This document shows positions 44,260-55,231 of a DNA stretch of 64,000 nt, in pieces. Source of the DNA: an uncultured virus (IMG/VR IMGVR_UViG_3300026457_000001) (Duplodnaviria > Heunggongvirae > Uroviricota > Caudoviricetes); the IMG/VR virus record IMGVR_UViG_3300026457_000001. The stretch is one strand, 5' to 3'. The translations under genes were made by a program, and so were the position numbers. The notes below the pieces were generated by a model. That model saw only the letters and a list, made by a program, of their open reading frames with translations. It did no database searches and was not told the origin of the DNA. Within the stretch, counting starts at the first letter, position 1; every line of letters starts with the position of its first letter.

Positions 44260-44696
44260 AAAAAGTATTTGATATGGCAGAGGTGATCGCTCTGCTGCGC
44301 CGTGGCATTGCCGCAGGTTATTGGACGCTGGAAGACCTAGACGTGCCATCACAAGGCTGGGTCATCACAATGGAGGATGCCAAGCGCATTCCCGGTTTCA
44401 CACCACCAATTCACCGCAATCCCCTCAGAGATGAGCCCACAACAGCAGAACGCGTTGAAGTCGTCAGCCCCAGAGACTTCGCGGTGGTTGAAGCCACTCC
44501 CGATCCTGTTCAACGAGGAAGCGCACCGCTACTACCACGAGCCGACGGGGCAGTGGCTGAATCATTCAGTGACGCAGGTGTGCAAGGGGACGAAGGATGC
44601 GTGGGCGATGAAGCGGATCATGGAGACAAAGCACATCTGGGAGCCACGTGGGAAGGCAGTACACAAGGCGTTGGAGGATTTTCTGACGACTGGTGA
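44256..44696 (+). CDS. Hypothetical protein overlapping the exonuclease gene
   Basis: Homolog of 5743-6183. Confidence 0.55.
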   Translation: MKKVFDMAEVIALLRRGIAAGYWTLEDLDVPSQGWVITMEDAKRIPGFTPPIHRNPLRDEPTTAERVEVVSPRDFAVVEATPDPVQRGSAPLLPRADGAVAESFSDAGVQGDEGCVGDEADHGDKAHLGATWEGSTQGVGGFSDDW

Positions 44697-45111
44697 CGCC
44701 GGCGAATGGCCTGCTGAATACGCGGAATGGATTGAGCCGTTACTGGGCCATTCCGTTTGGCAGACCTATGAGGCCATCGCGTGTGAATACCGATTGTGCG
44801 ATGTAGAGCGCAGCATTGCCGGCAGCTTTGATTGCCTGTTGCGCCGTAAGGATGATCATCAACAGCTTGTGTTGGTTGACCTGAAGACGCAGGGCAAGCC
44901 TGATGCCAGCCCGTATGACGTGAGCACGCAGCTCGGCGGCTACCTGGGGATGATGAGCCTGCACTGGCCCAAGCTGTACATCCAAAAGGCTGGTGTGCTG
45001 TGGTCTCGGCCTGGCAGTACGACGCTGCAGAAGGTGGATGTGGATGAGGCAGTGATCGAGTGGCAGGGCGCTAGGGATGCGTTTCTGATGTTGAACGCGC
45101 CGGAGTTCTAA
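44377..45111 (+). CDS. PD-(D/E)xK exonuclease (unit B)
   Basis: Near-identical to 5864-6598. Confidence 0.85.
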   Translation: MPSAFPVSHHQFTAIPSEMSPQQQNALKSSAPETSRWLKPLPILFNEEAHRYYHEPTGQWLNHSVTQVCKGTKDAWAMKRIMETKHIWEPRGKAVHKALEDFLTTGDAGEWPAEYAEWIEPLLGHSVWQTYEAIACEYRLCDVERSIAGSFDCLLRRKDDHQQLVLVDLKTQGKPDASPYDVSTQLGGYLGMMSLHWPKLYIQKAGVLWSRPGSTTLQKVDVDEAVIEWQGARDAFLMLNAPEF

Positions 45112-45199
45112 TGACTGATCCTGTGTGGCCAGTAATGGCGCTGATTGGCGTTGGTTTGCTTGGCGTGACGGCGCTGCTGGCCTGGGTTGCCGTACAGGA

Positions 45200-45228
45200 T
45201 TGACGGGCCTTGCGCTTAGGGGTATACT
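45200..45228 (+). promoter_or_regulatory. Sigma70 promoter with GGGGTATACTCC box
   Basis: TTGACG-17-TATACT. Confidence 0.8.
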
Positions 45229-46114
45229 CCATGTGGGCAGCGATGCCCTCACTACACACAGACCCAAATGACAAACCTTAACCGCGCTACAAAGGCTCAG
45301 TTGCTTGAGCTGATTACCGAGCAGGCCGGCACCACCACAACACTTGAGAAACAGGTGAACGAATCCAGGGAACAGGTCACCATCGCGCTATGGATTGCGG
45401 CCATCAGCTTCTGCCTCGGCCTTCTGTTCTGATCACCAGCCCCTTCGGGGGCTTTTCTTTTCTTGCCATGAAAAACCCCGAATCACTGCTCGGCGTCATT
45501 GCCAGCACCAAGATCGAAATCGCCCGCCATCAGGAAATCCTTGATCGCCTTATGGAGGATCTAGCCCTGATGTACACCACAGGTGACCTAGACGATCTAA
45601 AGGATGACGACGGCAACCTTAGTGCTCACGGAATCAAAGTATCCCGCTGCACACGCACGAGTTGGCAGTACAGCAATGCCGTCAAAGAGCTGCAGCAGCT
45701 AGAGCAATTTGAAGGCGTCGCCACAAAGCGCGAAACAGAATATTGGAGAGTGACGCTGCCAAAGGCAGAGTTCTGATGGCTGGCTCTCCCATAGACGATC
45801 AGATCGAAGCCATCTTGGCCAAATATGACCTATGGGATCCAGAGCAATACACCAATGCCGTTGCTGAGCTTGCGAGCTACCTACTGACCGTTGACCCCAA
45901 GGAGGAGGCACGCAGTCTGTACTACAAGTCCGCACGCGAAAAGATTCACCTAGAAAACTGCCTGATTCGATCCAATGGCTAATCCGTACAACCTGTACAA
46001 CCTGACGTGGCAGACGCGGTTTTTGTTCTGGCTGCTCTCCAAGCGTCCTGACGTTGCCGGCATTACGTTGAGCACGCCAGTTGATCACTTAGCGCGTTGC
46101 CTGAGCCATACGAA

Positions 46115-46525
46115 ATGAAGTTTGCCGTTCAGGGCATTGAACCCGCCCCGCAAGGCAGCAAACGACACGTTGGCAACGGGCGAATGGTTGAAGCATCAGC
46201 AAAGGTCAAGCCATGGCGTTTTGCTGTCAGCCAGGCAGCCCTTGCAACCGGCGAGGCTATGACCGACGGACAGGTTTCAGTGCAGATCACTTTCCTGTTC
46301 AACCGGCCCAAGGCGCATTACAACAGCAAGGGCGAGCTGAAATTAAAGGCTCCGTTCTACAAAAGCACCAAGCCCGATTTGGACAAACTGTGCAGGTCAA
46401 CGCTTGATGGCATCACAGGCGTCTTGATCAAAGACGATTCACAAGTTGTCAATTTGATCTGCAACAAGGTCTACACCAACGAGGGCGAATTGCCAGGCGC
46501 ACTGATTACCATCAACCCACTGTGA
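46115..46525 (+). CDS. rusA: RusA-like resolvase (unit B)
   Basis: KPDLDKL..DDSQV. Confidence 0.9.
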   Translation: MKFAVQGIEPAPQGSKRHVGNGRMVEASAKVKPWRFAVSQAALATGEAMTDGQVSVQITFLFNRPKAHYNSKGELKLKAPFYKSTKPDLDKLCRSTLDGITGVLIKDDSQVVNLICNKVYTNEGELPGALITINPL

Positions 46526-47268
46526 AAGGATCAAAGAATCGACGGGAATGCGTCGTTTGCCAGTCAGTCTTTGTTATCCCAATCTTGAAGGGAAATCACA
46601 AAAGTCAACGACTGACCTGCAGTGCGCTTTGCCATCGTCGCTATGTCAGCAGAAATGCAAGGCGTTGGGTCAAAGGTGAACTGGACATTATTGAACAGCT
46701 CAGCATCTCAATGCCGCCGAAGCGGTTGTACATGACGTATTGCCGAATGGCGGCTGAGCGTGGATTCCCCAAGCGATCAGAGGCCGCGTTTCGTTGCAAA
46801 TTGCGGTTGCTTGGCATTCCTTTGATGCCGGAGCTGGACTGGTACAAGCTGAATCAGTTAGCGGAGATGTTTGATACGACTCGGCACTTGGTTTACAAGC
46901 TGGTGAAAAAGGGCTTGAGGGCCGAACGCGAATCAGACCACCCAAATCAGCCTTGGTTTGTAAGCCGCGCAGAGCTGAGGCGTTTCGCACGCAAGCACCC
47001 GCAACTGTTCAGGCACTTCAATCAAGATGGCCTGTTTGTTGCGCTTGAAGATCGCAAGCTTGTTGAGCTGATCATGGCGCAGCCCAAGGTGCATCTACCG
47101 AATCGCTATAACCCAACAACGGTCAGGTGTGTGGAGACTGGCAATATCTACAAGAGTTACAGAGCGGCGGCCAGAGAGGTGTTTGTTGACCCGTCTGCCA
47201 TCTATGCATCAGCCAAGCACGGGCACAGAGCAGGCGGCTACCACTGGGTTGTCGTATCTCAAATTTAA
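46522..47268 (+). CDS. NUMOD1/HTH DNA-binding protein (unit B)
   Basis: Near-identical to 8009-8755. Confidence 0.6.
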   Translation: MKGSKNRRECVVCQSVFVIPILKGNHKSQRLTCSALCHRRYVSRNARRWVKGELDIIEQLSISMPPKRLYMTYCRMAAERGFPKRSEAAFRCKLRLLGIPLMPELDWYKLNQLAEMFDTTRHLVYKLVKKGLRAERESDHPNQPWFVSRAELRRFARKHPQLFRHFNQDGLFVALEDRKLVELIMAQPKVHLPNRYNPTTVRCVETGNIYKSYRAAAREVFVDPSAIYASAKHGHRAGGYHWVVVSQI

Positions 47269-47331
47269 GGGTATACTCCAGATGGGTCCGAAGCCCCGTC
47301 CTCTCCGATCACCACACATCACCGCACGCTT

Positions 47332-48030
47332 ATGACTGATTACCCCAACCTCGGGGATGTGATCACTCAGGCTGATGTATCGACCAAAGGCACAGGCTCC
47401 TACGCCGCTGATTACATCAACTGGTGTCGCGTCTCCCACCTACTCCACGATCATGCGCCTGGCTGGCAGTTCGCTTTACAGGCTCATCACGAAACAGGCC
47501 ACGCATGGAAAGCTCCCGACGGAACCGCTTATGTGGTCGGGTTCTTTGAGCACGCCAGCGGCCACGAAACGCCGTATTTCCCTCAGGCGGTTATGGACAA
47601 CCGCAACAACGCGATTGCGTTTGAAAAGGTCACAGCCCGTGATCTCACCGATGCGCACCGCCGTTGTCTTTGTACCGCTGCTGCTGCTCAGTTTGGTCTT
47701 GGCTGGCAGCTCTGGGCGCGGGAGCCAGTAGAAAATCCGCACCGTGATACCAAACCTGCACTACAGCAGGAAGCACCCAAGGCCGAACCGTCCCAAGTGC
47801 AGGACACTCAGCCCAAGGCCAAAGCCAAGCCTGAATCCAAGATCACTTTCCTTACGGACGATCAGGTCGAGGAAGTCAAGGCCATGGTCAAGGCATACGA
47901 CAAACGCGACGATCTCATTGCTGCCTTCAAAAAGCAGTTCAAGATCATGGCGCCGCGCATTGCCGACCGCATCCAATTCCCCGAACACAAGGAATTCATT
48001 GAGAAGTACATCGCCGAAAATCCCGTATGA
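47332..48030 (+). CDS. Sak3/DUF1071-like annealing protein (unit B)
   Basis: Near-identical to 8819-9529 with a 4-aa linker deletion. Confidence 0.7.
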   Translation: MTDYPNLGDVITQADVSTKGTGSYAADYINWCRVSHLLHDHAPGWQFALQAHHETGHAWKAPDGTAYVVGFFEHASGHETPYFPQAVMDNRNNAIAFEKVTARDLTDAHRRCLCTAAAAQFGLGWQLWAREPVENPHRDTKPALQQEAPKAEPSQVQDTQPKAKAKPESKITFLTDDQVEEVKAMVKAYDKRDDLIAAFKKQFKIMAPRIADRIQFPEHKEFIEKYIAENPV

Positions 48031-48209
48031 CAGGGCGACAGCCCAGATCCGCAGAGGAAATCAACCGCAAGAAAAACCGCTTTTGTGTAGCGGCCAAACT
48101 TCCGGCTGATCTCCACCGTCAACTAAGGGCTTACTGCGCCAAATCAGGGCAGAACATCAATCAAGCCCTTCGCCACATCATCTCAACCTTCCTAGCTACT
48201 CATGGCTGA
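48027..48209 (+). CDS. RHH regulator (unit B)
   Basis: Homolog of 9526-9708. Confidence 0.65.
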   Translation: MTGRQPRSAEEINRKKNRFCVAAKLPADLHRQLRAYCAKSGQNINQALRHIISTFLATHG

Positions 48210-48497
48210 TATTGCCTTCACGGCGAAATTCCGAATCCAGGAAAATCGCAACCGCAAAAGTGACAAGTCACCCGAGGAAAACATCGTGGTGGACTTCACC
48301 TCAGAGCAGGCCATGGCCGCTGCCAGCTACCTGATGACAATGGCCGAACAGGCGGAAGCCAAAGGCCAGAAGATCCGCGTTTACACCGGCAAAGACGAAT
48401 ACACCGAGCAAATCGGTTTTTCGTTGTGGGGCGGAAAGTGGGGTAATAAGGGCTCCTTTACACCGCTCAAGCCCGAATCCCCTGAATCCTCTTTCTG

Positions 48498-48845
48498 ATG
48501 TCAACCATGATCATCCTTACCGATTCCCAACTCGTTGAGCTGAACAATCGCTTGGGTCAAATCCAGCGCCTGATTGAAACTGCTCAGGTCATCAAGGCTG
48601 GTGGCGTCGCTCAACCTAAGGCCGTGACTGAAGCTGTAGAGGCACCGTCTGTTGTCGGCAAGCGCCGTAAGGCCAAGCGCAAGCGTGGTGCACTGAACGA
48701 ACAGAAGGTGGCCGAGATCAAAGCTCGCCTTGCCGCCGGCAACGAATCAGCACAAAAGATTGCTGACGACTACGGGGTGCACTTCACCACCGTGAATCTG
48801 ATCAAGTACGGCAAGACTTGGAAGAACGTTCAGGCATCTGCTTGA
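48498..48845 (+). CDS. HTH DNA-binding protein (unit B)
   Basis: Homolog of 9997-10341. Confidence 0.75.
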   Translation: MSTMIILTDSQLVELNNRLGQIQRLIETAQVIKAGGVAQPKAVTEAVEAPSVVGKRRKAKRKRGALNEQKVAEIKARLAAGNESAQKIADDYGVHFTTVNLIKYGKTWKNVQASA

Positions 48846-49821
48846 TCTTTCATCAGTTGCAGCTCTAGGGCTGCGATTCGGTTGGTTGCCTGCTGCAGCA
48901 GCGTTTGCTGCATGTTCCATGCTCTGTACAACTGAGCGGCAATGGGGCCGGCGTTGGGGGTGTTCTCCAAGCGTCTGGCCTCTTTTTCTACGTTGAATTG
49001 GGAGGTTGGATCGGCCTTAAGAGTCATCCAATCCCATGCTTCGTGATCCATGGCAGTGGCGGTAGCACATTCACGCTAGAGGCCGTGTCTACGTCACAAA
49101 TTGCAACAGCACTGTTTTCGGGGTTTACTCCGCCCAAATAGCCGCTACCATTCACGCAACCGGGGCGACCTGGCCAACCGACAACCCACACCACACCATG
49201 AAAAACACCGTTTACAACCTGCTGCTGTTTGTCCTGCCTGCAGCAATCTTCGGCGTCATCATTCACGACGGTCTAACCCTTAAAACCGCTGAACACAGCG
49301 GCACTCAGCGCGCCATCTACGTCACCACAAAATGAGCCTTGTTGTTCTTTCCGCCCAGTGCGCCGGTATGGTCGCGCCTGTTATTCCGCTCAGTCAAAAG
49401 ACCTACAAAATGTCGCCCAATTCACGCGGCGTCAGAGCTGAACGTGACCTGTGGCGTTTCCATCCCGGTATGCCCTGTTACGTCCGTGGCTGGCCACAAG
49501 TAGAGGCAACGGTGATAGCCAAGGTAGAAGGCTGCTCATGGCCTACCTACATCGTTCAAAGCTTCTCAACTGGCGCCAGTTACCAAGTTTCTCAGCTTTA
49601 TCTCTCCAAGCGTCCAATTGAACAACGATGAAAACTCAACTCCAACCACAACCACGCCGTTTCTACTTCACCATTCCGTCAATCAACATCTACGACTGGG
49701 TGGTGGCCTGCGGCTTCACCGAAGCAAAACAACTCGCCCACGCAACATGGGGCACGCACTACCGCGAACCGCAATGGCTAACGCCTGATCGCCATAGTGA
49801 GGTAAAGCTTCCTCGCTTTTA

Positions 49822-50217
49822 ATGGCACGCCCCCACAACGCCAAACTTTCGCCTGCTGACATTATCTACATCCTGCAGTCCGACAAAGACAATCACACTT
49901 TGGGGCAGGAATTTTGTGTAACTCGGCAGGCGATTTCTTTAATACGCAATGGCAAGGCATACAAAGATGTTGCACCAAACATTCCGCGTATTCCAGTTCG
50001 CATTAAAAACAGCATCCCAAAATCACGCCTTGCCAATGCCAAACACTGCCACAACTGCATCGAATATCGACGTGGCGAATGCTCCTACGGTTTCCCAGAG
50101 GCCATAGATGAACCCGAATTCGCCGCAGCCTGTTCCCTCTACAGCCGAAATCCAGACCATTCTTCAACAGTGCCTTGCCGAATACTGGGCGCCACGGTTC
50201 AACAATCACACGATTGA
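49822..50217 (+). CDS. HTH plus Cys-rich protein (unit B)
   Basis: Homolog of 11318-11713. Confidence 0.65.
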   Translation: MARPHNAKLSPADIIYILQSDKDNHTLGQEFCVTRQAISLIRNGKAYKDVAPNIPRIPVRIKNSIPKSRLANAKHCHNCIEYRRGECSYGFPEAIDEPEFAAACSLYSRNPDHSSTVPCRILGATVQQSHD

Positions 50218-50967
50218 TCACTACGCCCGTATGCACGCTGCACTACAGCCATTCATCCGCTATCAACAGGCAAACTGCCCGATAGCCAATGGCACCGATC
50301 AAGGCGGAAGCCAACCGATATGACAGCCCAAGGCATTACTGCTACGGAGCTGATTGGGTCGGTTATGGTCTCAACTCAGCCTTTGAACCGTGGTGTTGGG
50401 ATGGCACAGCCGTATGGCGTGGTCCACTCTGCGACACAAGATCAGAAGCACTCACCATTGCCAAAACCCATGCTGAATCGTGTTGAACTTGACCAGCGCC
50501 GCGCTGATTTCATGGAAACCCTCTACCAGCAGTACAGCACTGATCACACCTACACGGGTGTGTGGGAGCGTTTTGCCTATGACGTTGCCGGAACTATTCG
50601 TGACTTGGATTACAGCGTGCTTCGCGCTGATCTCATCCGTGCTCTTGGTGTTACTGACAGTGAGCTGGCTAACCGGTACGCTGATACTGCTATCACCGTT
50701 CTGACAAGTCACCTACTGCCACGCAACTAAACATGGCCGTCAAAGTTCCATTCCTCAATCGTTTTGAAAATTGGTGCTTTAACGTCCTTGCTCGCAGTAA
50801 GCGTGTCGGCACTATTCAAGTCAGGCTGCGTCATACGCCGGTGACCTACATCGTGCGCGATCTCAACGATCCGTGCGTTGAAGGCCAACAACCCGACGAG
50901 ATGGCACCAGATCATTTCAACCTAGAGCGGCTGTTCCATATGCCGTCCTACGGCGAAGACGAATGAA

Positions 50968-51348
50968 ATGATCAACCTTTTCAACGGCCGAGTTGTTTTA
51001 GAACGGCGAACGCTCGTTGAAAATTGGCGTGCCAAGGTCAAGTTGCCTAAACAAGGCGGTGCCTTTGTCGTTATCGACCTTCAGACCGCAAATCTGAAGA
51101 CCGCCTTTGTTCGGGCTCACAATATTTACCAAAGCATTAAAAAAGGCCAACAATACGAACAGCTCGATCCACCTGCGTTGACGCACCTGAGCTGCTGGGA
51201 TTGCTGTCATTGGTCTGTATTACGCGTCAACAACGGCGGTAATGGCTGCGAATTTGAATTCCCCGAAGCCAAGCAAACCGCCTACGGTAAGTTCGCTGCC
51301 CAATGCCACCTGTATGACGATGGAACCGATAGTGCTGAGCAAGACTGA
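50968..51348 (+). CDS. Arm-binding-like plus Cys-rich protein (unit B)
   Basis: Homolog of 12464-12844. Confidence 0.5.
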   Translation: MINLFNGRVVLERRTLVENWRAKVKLPKQGGAFVVIDLQTANLKTAFVRAHNIYQSIKKGQQYEQLDPPALTHLSCWDCCHWSVLRVNNGGNGCEFEFPEAKQTAYGKFAAQCHLYDDGTDSAEQD

Positions 51349-51517
51349 ATTTGACGACGGCAGTTATATCGAAACCCTTGAACCCGCCGATGGCGGTGAG
51401 ATGTACTACCGCAGTTGCTACAAAGGGATGTGTAGGTATTCCAGTGATCTCTGGCAAGCGCAAATTTACATACACCAGATGACAACAACTTGAACCATTG
51501 CGGCATCAGCCGCTTTT

Positions 51518-51829
51518 TTATTCTCGATTGATCCAATCCATAATCCTTGCCTCGCCAATCTCTGACCAGAACGGCAAACTTCTATACCAAACCCTCCAGT
51601 CCTTGTGTCCCTTACTCATATTGCAACCGAAGCAACAAGCCACAAGATTATTCATTTCGCTCGTGCCACCTTTGGCTTTTGGCAGCACATGGTCAAGCGT
51701 TGGCGACCTGCCTAATGGTTCAAAGCAATATGCGCAGTGATAATTAAAGTGCAATAACACCTGATCACGGAACCTTCGCTTTGCATCACGTTTGCGGACA
51801 AGCTCGGTGCCATCAATGTGCTCAACCAC
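51518..51829 (-). CDS. HNH endonuclease (unit B)
   Basis: Near-identical to 13015-13326. Confidence 0.9.
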   Translation of the reverse strand: MVEHIDGTELVRKRDAKRRFRDQVLLHFNYHCAYCFEPLGRSPTLDHVLPKAKGGTSEMNNLVACCFGCNMSKGHKDWRVWYRSLPFWSEIGEARIMDWINRE

Positions 51830-52101
51830 GCGGTAGCCACTGATTTCTTAAACGGTAGCCATGACCACCAATATGAACTACTACATCAAGCTGCCTGACA
51901 GAACACGGGTCGGGCCATTCCGCACAGTTGGCGCCGTTCAGTTATGGGCTCACCAGCGTGGTTACCAGGAATTTTCTATACATTTTCTGCAGAGCCCTGA
52001 TCTACCCAACGAACTACGACACGAGCAAGGGCCAGATCACTGAGCAATAAAAAACCGCCCAGCCTTGGCTCTGAGCGGTCGGATCCATCTCCCAACTAAA
52101 T

Positions 52102-52653
52102 CTAGGGAGTTACAACAACGGAACCCTTAAATGTTTCCCAAGATGGCATGACGGTTGTATGACCGTTGTAATGACCAATCTCGGCATAGGACCGCTCAGG
52201 GTTGTCAGAAAGTGGCATGAAGAACATTTGACCAATTAGCAGACCAGGCCACAAGGCAACCTTGTGTTTCAGGCGTACATTTTTAAGCTCAAGCGTCAGC
52301 CTGCTGCCGTGCCACCCAGGATCACAAAATCCGGCCAGCATGTGCTGAATGCCAGAACGAGCGCGGCTTGATTTCAGTACAAACTGCGCAGCAATCGCCG
52401 GATCATCGGGAAGGTTGAAGATCTCTTCCGTTTCGGCAAGGATGAATTCACCTGGCTGCAGCCAATACGGATCTTCCTTGGTATGGCCGGCAATGCTGTG
52501 CCTGATCAGCTCTGGTGTTTCCGCTACCTCAAGCATGATGTTGTCACCCAAGGCCACGTCATAGCTAGCCGGGTTAAGGCGCTCAGGATCAAACGGATGA
52601 ATCAGCGCATGGCTTTGGCACAGTGCGCGAATCTCCGAATCAGGCAGCAGCAT
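52102..52653 (-). CDS. dcd: dCTP deaminase (unit B)
   Basis: Near-identical to 13600-14151. Confidence 0.92.
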   Translation of the reverse strand: MLLPDSEIRALCQSHALIHPFDPERLNPASYDVALGDNIMLEVAETPELIRHSIAGHTKEDPYWLQPGEFILAETEEIFNLPDDPAIAAQFVLKSSRARSGIQHMLAGFCDPGWHGSRLTLELKNVRLKHKVALWPGLLIGQMFFMPLSDNPERSYAEIGHYNGHTTVMPSWETFKGSVVVTP

Positions 52654-53709
52654 TCAGGCTCCGTAGTTCCAGCGGACTCTAGGACGTCCTGGCCGAATTC
52701 CAAGATGGATAAATGAGGGCGCACCATATCCAAGCGAATATGGCCAGTGAGCATCAGCCCAATTCTGCAGCTCATAGGTGTTCACGCCTTCGATAAACCA
52801 ATCAATCGCGCCCGTATCTGCTGCGTCGTACAAATGCTCCGACCTGGCAGATCCGCCAACTTCAGCGTTGATCTTCGCTGGCCTGTAGCCGCTTGTAATT
52901 ACTACTGGCTTGTTGCCAAACGCCGTACGTGCACGCTCAGCAAACTGGCAAAGCATCAGCGCCGTATCGCATTGATATTGCTTATTAAATCTTCTGGCCT
53001 CTTGGTTTAATGTCAACTCGCCGTATTTAATGTTCGGCGTTACCTGAAAATTGAACGGCTTATCAGGCGTAAAACGCACATCATTCGTCAGCGGTTTAGT
53101 GCCTTTGAGGAACAGATCAAGCTCATCACGCCGACGGCGTACCAAGCCTTCCAGCACCTTGCCGCCACCTTTGTTCCACCTCGGCAGCTCTTCCATCGCC
53201 ACCTTTTGCGCATTTTCGCCATTGTTTAGCCGCTTACGCAGCGTGCTATCCATCAATGCACCAGTGCCAACATTGAACGTAAAGCTGATCAATGCGCAAC
53301 GCTGATTGTCTGTTAGCGGCACACGGATCTGTGAATCAACAGCACTGGCAAAACGCTCAACATCAGACAGAAGCAACGCCTCAGCATCAGCTTCCGTGAT
53401 CTTCATTCCTTCCTTCACAGTTGGCCCGGTATGGCCATAACCAACAGTCGGTACGCCAGCCGGACAGATATAACCTTCAAGCCGCAGACCTTCCCATTTT
53501 TTGATCAGATCAAGCGCAGGCTGCAGATTATTTTCCTCTTGCTTGCCAGATTGGCTCCAGGTCTTGAACCACGCCTGATCACGACCAAGGATGTGCGGAT
53601 TGGCCTTGTTAATCGCCTCCTCAAGCTCACTGACAGCAGCCATTTGATGTGGCAGGCCAGCCTTGTAAAACCGAAACAGATCAATCAGGCGAATCTGATT
53701 TTGCGTCAT
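52654..53709 (-). CDS. Endolysin GH24 + peptidase M15 (unit B)
   Basis: Near-identical to 14158-15210, C-terminus more diverged. Confidence 0.9.
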   Translation of the reverse strand: MTQNQIRLIDLFRFYKAGLPHQMAAVSELEEAINKANPHILGRDQAWFKTWSQSGKQEENNLQPALDLIKKWEGLRLEGYICPAGVPTVGYGHTGPTVKEGMKITEADAEALLLSDVERFASAVDSQIRVPLTDNQRCALISFTFNVGTGALMDSTLRKRLNNGENAQKVAMEELPRWNKGGGKVLEGLVRRRRDELDLFLKGTKPLTNDVRFTPDKPFNFQVTPNIKYGELTLNQEARRFNKQYQCDTALMLCQFAERARTAFGNKPVVITSGYRPAKINAEVGGSARSEHLYDAADTGAIDWFIEGVNTYELQNWADAHWPYSLGYGAPSFIHLGIRPGRPRVRWNYGA

Positions 53710-53958
53710 TGCTCCAAGGGGCGTGAATGCTCATGGCGCCACCAAGTAAGCGGCTGTCACCAGTCTGCAGCGTATCGTCAATTTCGTGGTGCACAACAAC
53801 AGGCTTCGACTCCTCTGGCTGCGCCTGATGCCACCTTTGCTCTTCACGGTCTAAGCGCGGCTTGAGCGTCTTCTCAAATTTGTAATCCTGGGCCCAACGA
53901 CGTAGGTGATGCCGCCAGTCCTTATCGCCAAACCGCGTTAGCCATACCGTATCGGCGT

Positions 53959-54096
53959 TCAACGCTTTGGGAACAGCACTTTCAGAGCCTTAAGGATTAG
54001 TTGAATCCAGCTATTTTCCTTGATCGGCAACAGGCTGATGATCTCAGAGCCGGCAGCAATGATGATTGCGATAACGGCAGCGGTGGTGGGATCCAT
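53959..54096 (-). CDS. Holin-like protein (unit B)
   Basis: Homolog of 15460-15597. Confidence 0.6.
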   Translation of the reverse strand: MDPTTAAVIAIIIAAGSEIISLLPIKENSWIQLILKALKVLFPKR

Positions 54097-54128
54097 GACG
54101 AATCAACGCTTTCCTTCAGTGTACGGCG

Positions 54129-54380
54129 TTATTTGTGCCTGCCAACCGTCATCTCAATTTGCCTAACCCTTCCTTCAAGATCAGCTAACCGTTCCTTGCT
54201 GTCGTTTTTGAGTTCTTGTATGTCGGCCACTACTGTGTTGACCGATTGATCAAGCTTGGCGACCTGCATAAAAAGACCGCCCAACCCTAAAACCGCTGCG
54301 GTCAAAAGAGCTGGAACGGCTTGATTAAACGGATTTGGTGGTTCAGGCGATGCCGTGTATGCCTCTTCGTGGTTGTCCAT
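54129..54380 (-). CDS. TM plus coiled-coil protein (unit B)
   Basis: Homolog of 15630-15881. Confidence 0.65.
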   Translation of the reverse strand: MDNHEEAYTASPEPPNPFNQAVPALLTAAVLGLGGLFMQVAKLDQSVNTVVADIQELKNDSKERLADLEGRVRQIEMTVGRHK

Positions 54381-54488
54381 TGCGAGGCATAGCGCCGACC
54401 CTTGATCTAATTTAGCTGCCTTGGCCGATCAGTTTCTGCCCCTAGTTTTGTCGTGTGCTAGGGTTGCCCCTGGTTATTACACGTTTTT

Positions 54489-55076
54489 GTGGCCACAACG
54501 CGCAGCATCAAACCATTACCACCGTTAGCCGATTTGCAGGAGTGGTTCGCTATTGAAGGCCCCGATCTTGTTTGGCGCACAAATTACTTCCCGGATTTAA
54601 TCGGTAAAAGAGCTGGCTACAGGCGTAAAGATGGTTACATCGAAGTCAAAAAACACAAGCACAAAATGTTGGCCCATAGAGTCGCGTATTACTTGGGAAC
54701 CCAGCAAGATCCGCAAAATTATTTCATTGACCATATAGACGGAAATCCTTCCAACAATTCACCTGAAAATTTGCGCTTGGCTACTCATATGCAAAACATG
54801 CGCAACTGTAGAAGAATTCGCAGAAACAATACATCTGGCCAGCAGGGTATAACTCGTGCCGTAATTGGTGGCATTGAATACTGGAAGGCTTATGTAGTCC
54901 TCAAGGGAAAAGGTTTGCATTTGGGCTCTTATGCAACAAAAGAGGCCGCTATTGCGGCCCGAGAAGTGGCTGAAAAATTTTTGTACGGGAAATTTGCTCC
55001 TATCGCCCTTGACCACGAAGAGGTTTTTTCCCTCTTTTCCGAGGACGAGAGTTTTGACCATAGCCATCTTTCGTAG
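54489..55076 (+). CDS. HNH-AP2 homing endonuclease (unit B only)
   Basis: AHRVAY..IDHIDGNPSNN..NLRLAT..QN; NTSG..G..WKAY..HLGSY.TKEAA..AR. Confidence 0.88.
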   Translation: MATTRSIKPLPPLADLQEWFAIEGPDLVWRTNYFPDLIGKRAGYRRKDGYIEVKKHKHKMLAHRVAYYLGTQQDPQNYFIDHIDGNPSNNSPENLRLATHMQNMRNCRRIRRNNTSGQQGITRAVIGGIEYWKAYVVLKGKGLHLGSYATKEAAIAAREVAEKFLYGKFAPIALDHEEVFSLFSEDESFDHSHLS

Positions 55077-55137
55077 TTTTAGGACGGCCGGCTTTGTGGT
55101 CGACACGCCCCAGGGCTGTTTTACTTTTGACTGCCAT
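55000..55137 (-). CDS. 45-aa basic protein (not in ORF track)
   Basis: MAVKSKTALGRVDHKAGRPK..RGQGR; homolog of 15914-16048. Confidence 0.6.
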   Translation of the reverse strand: MAVKSKTALGRVDHKAGRPKTTKDGYGQNSRPRKRGKKPLRGQGR

Positions 55138-55231
55138 TACCAATAACGGTCTTGCCAATCAGAAGTATGACACCACTGCCAAGCCATCATCCCGAAAATG
55201 GCGAGGATCAGCAGTAGTGCTCCAGCGGTGG

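Larger units (their letters stand above)
44333..54385 (+). repeat. About 10-kb near-identical second copy of the unit A core (about 5820-15886)
   Basis: Colinear genes, mostly synonymous differences; includes all small ORFs listed for unit A. Confidence 0.95.
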
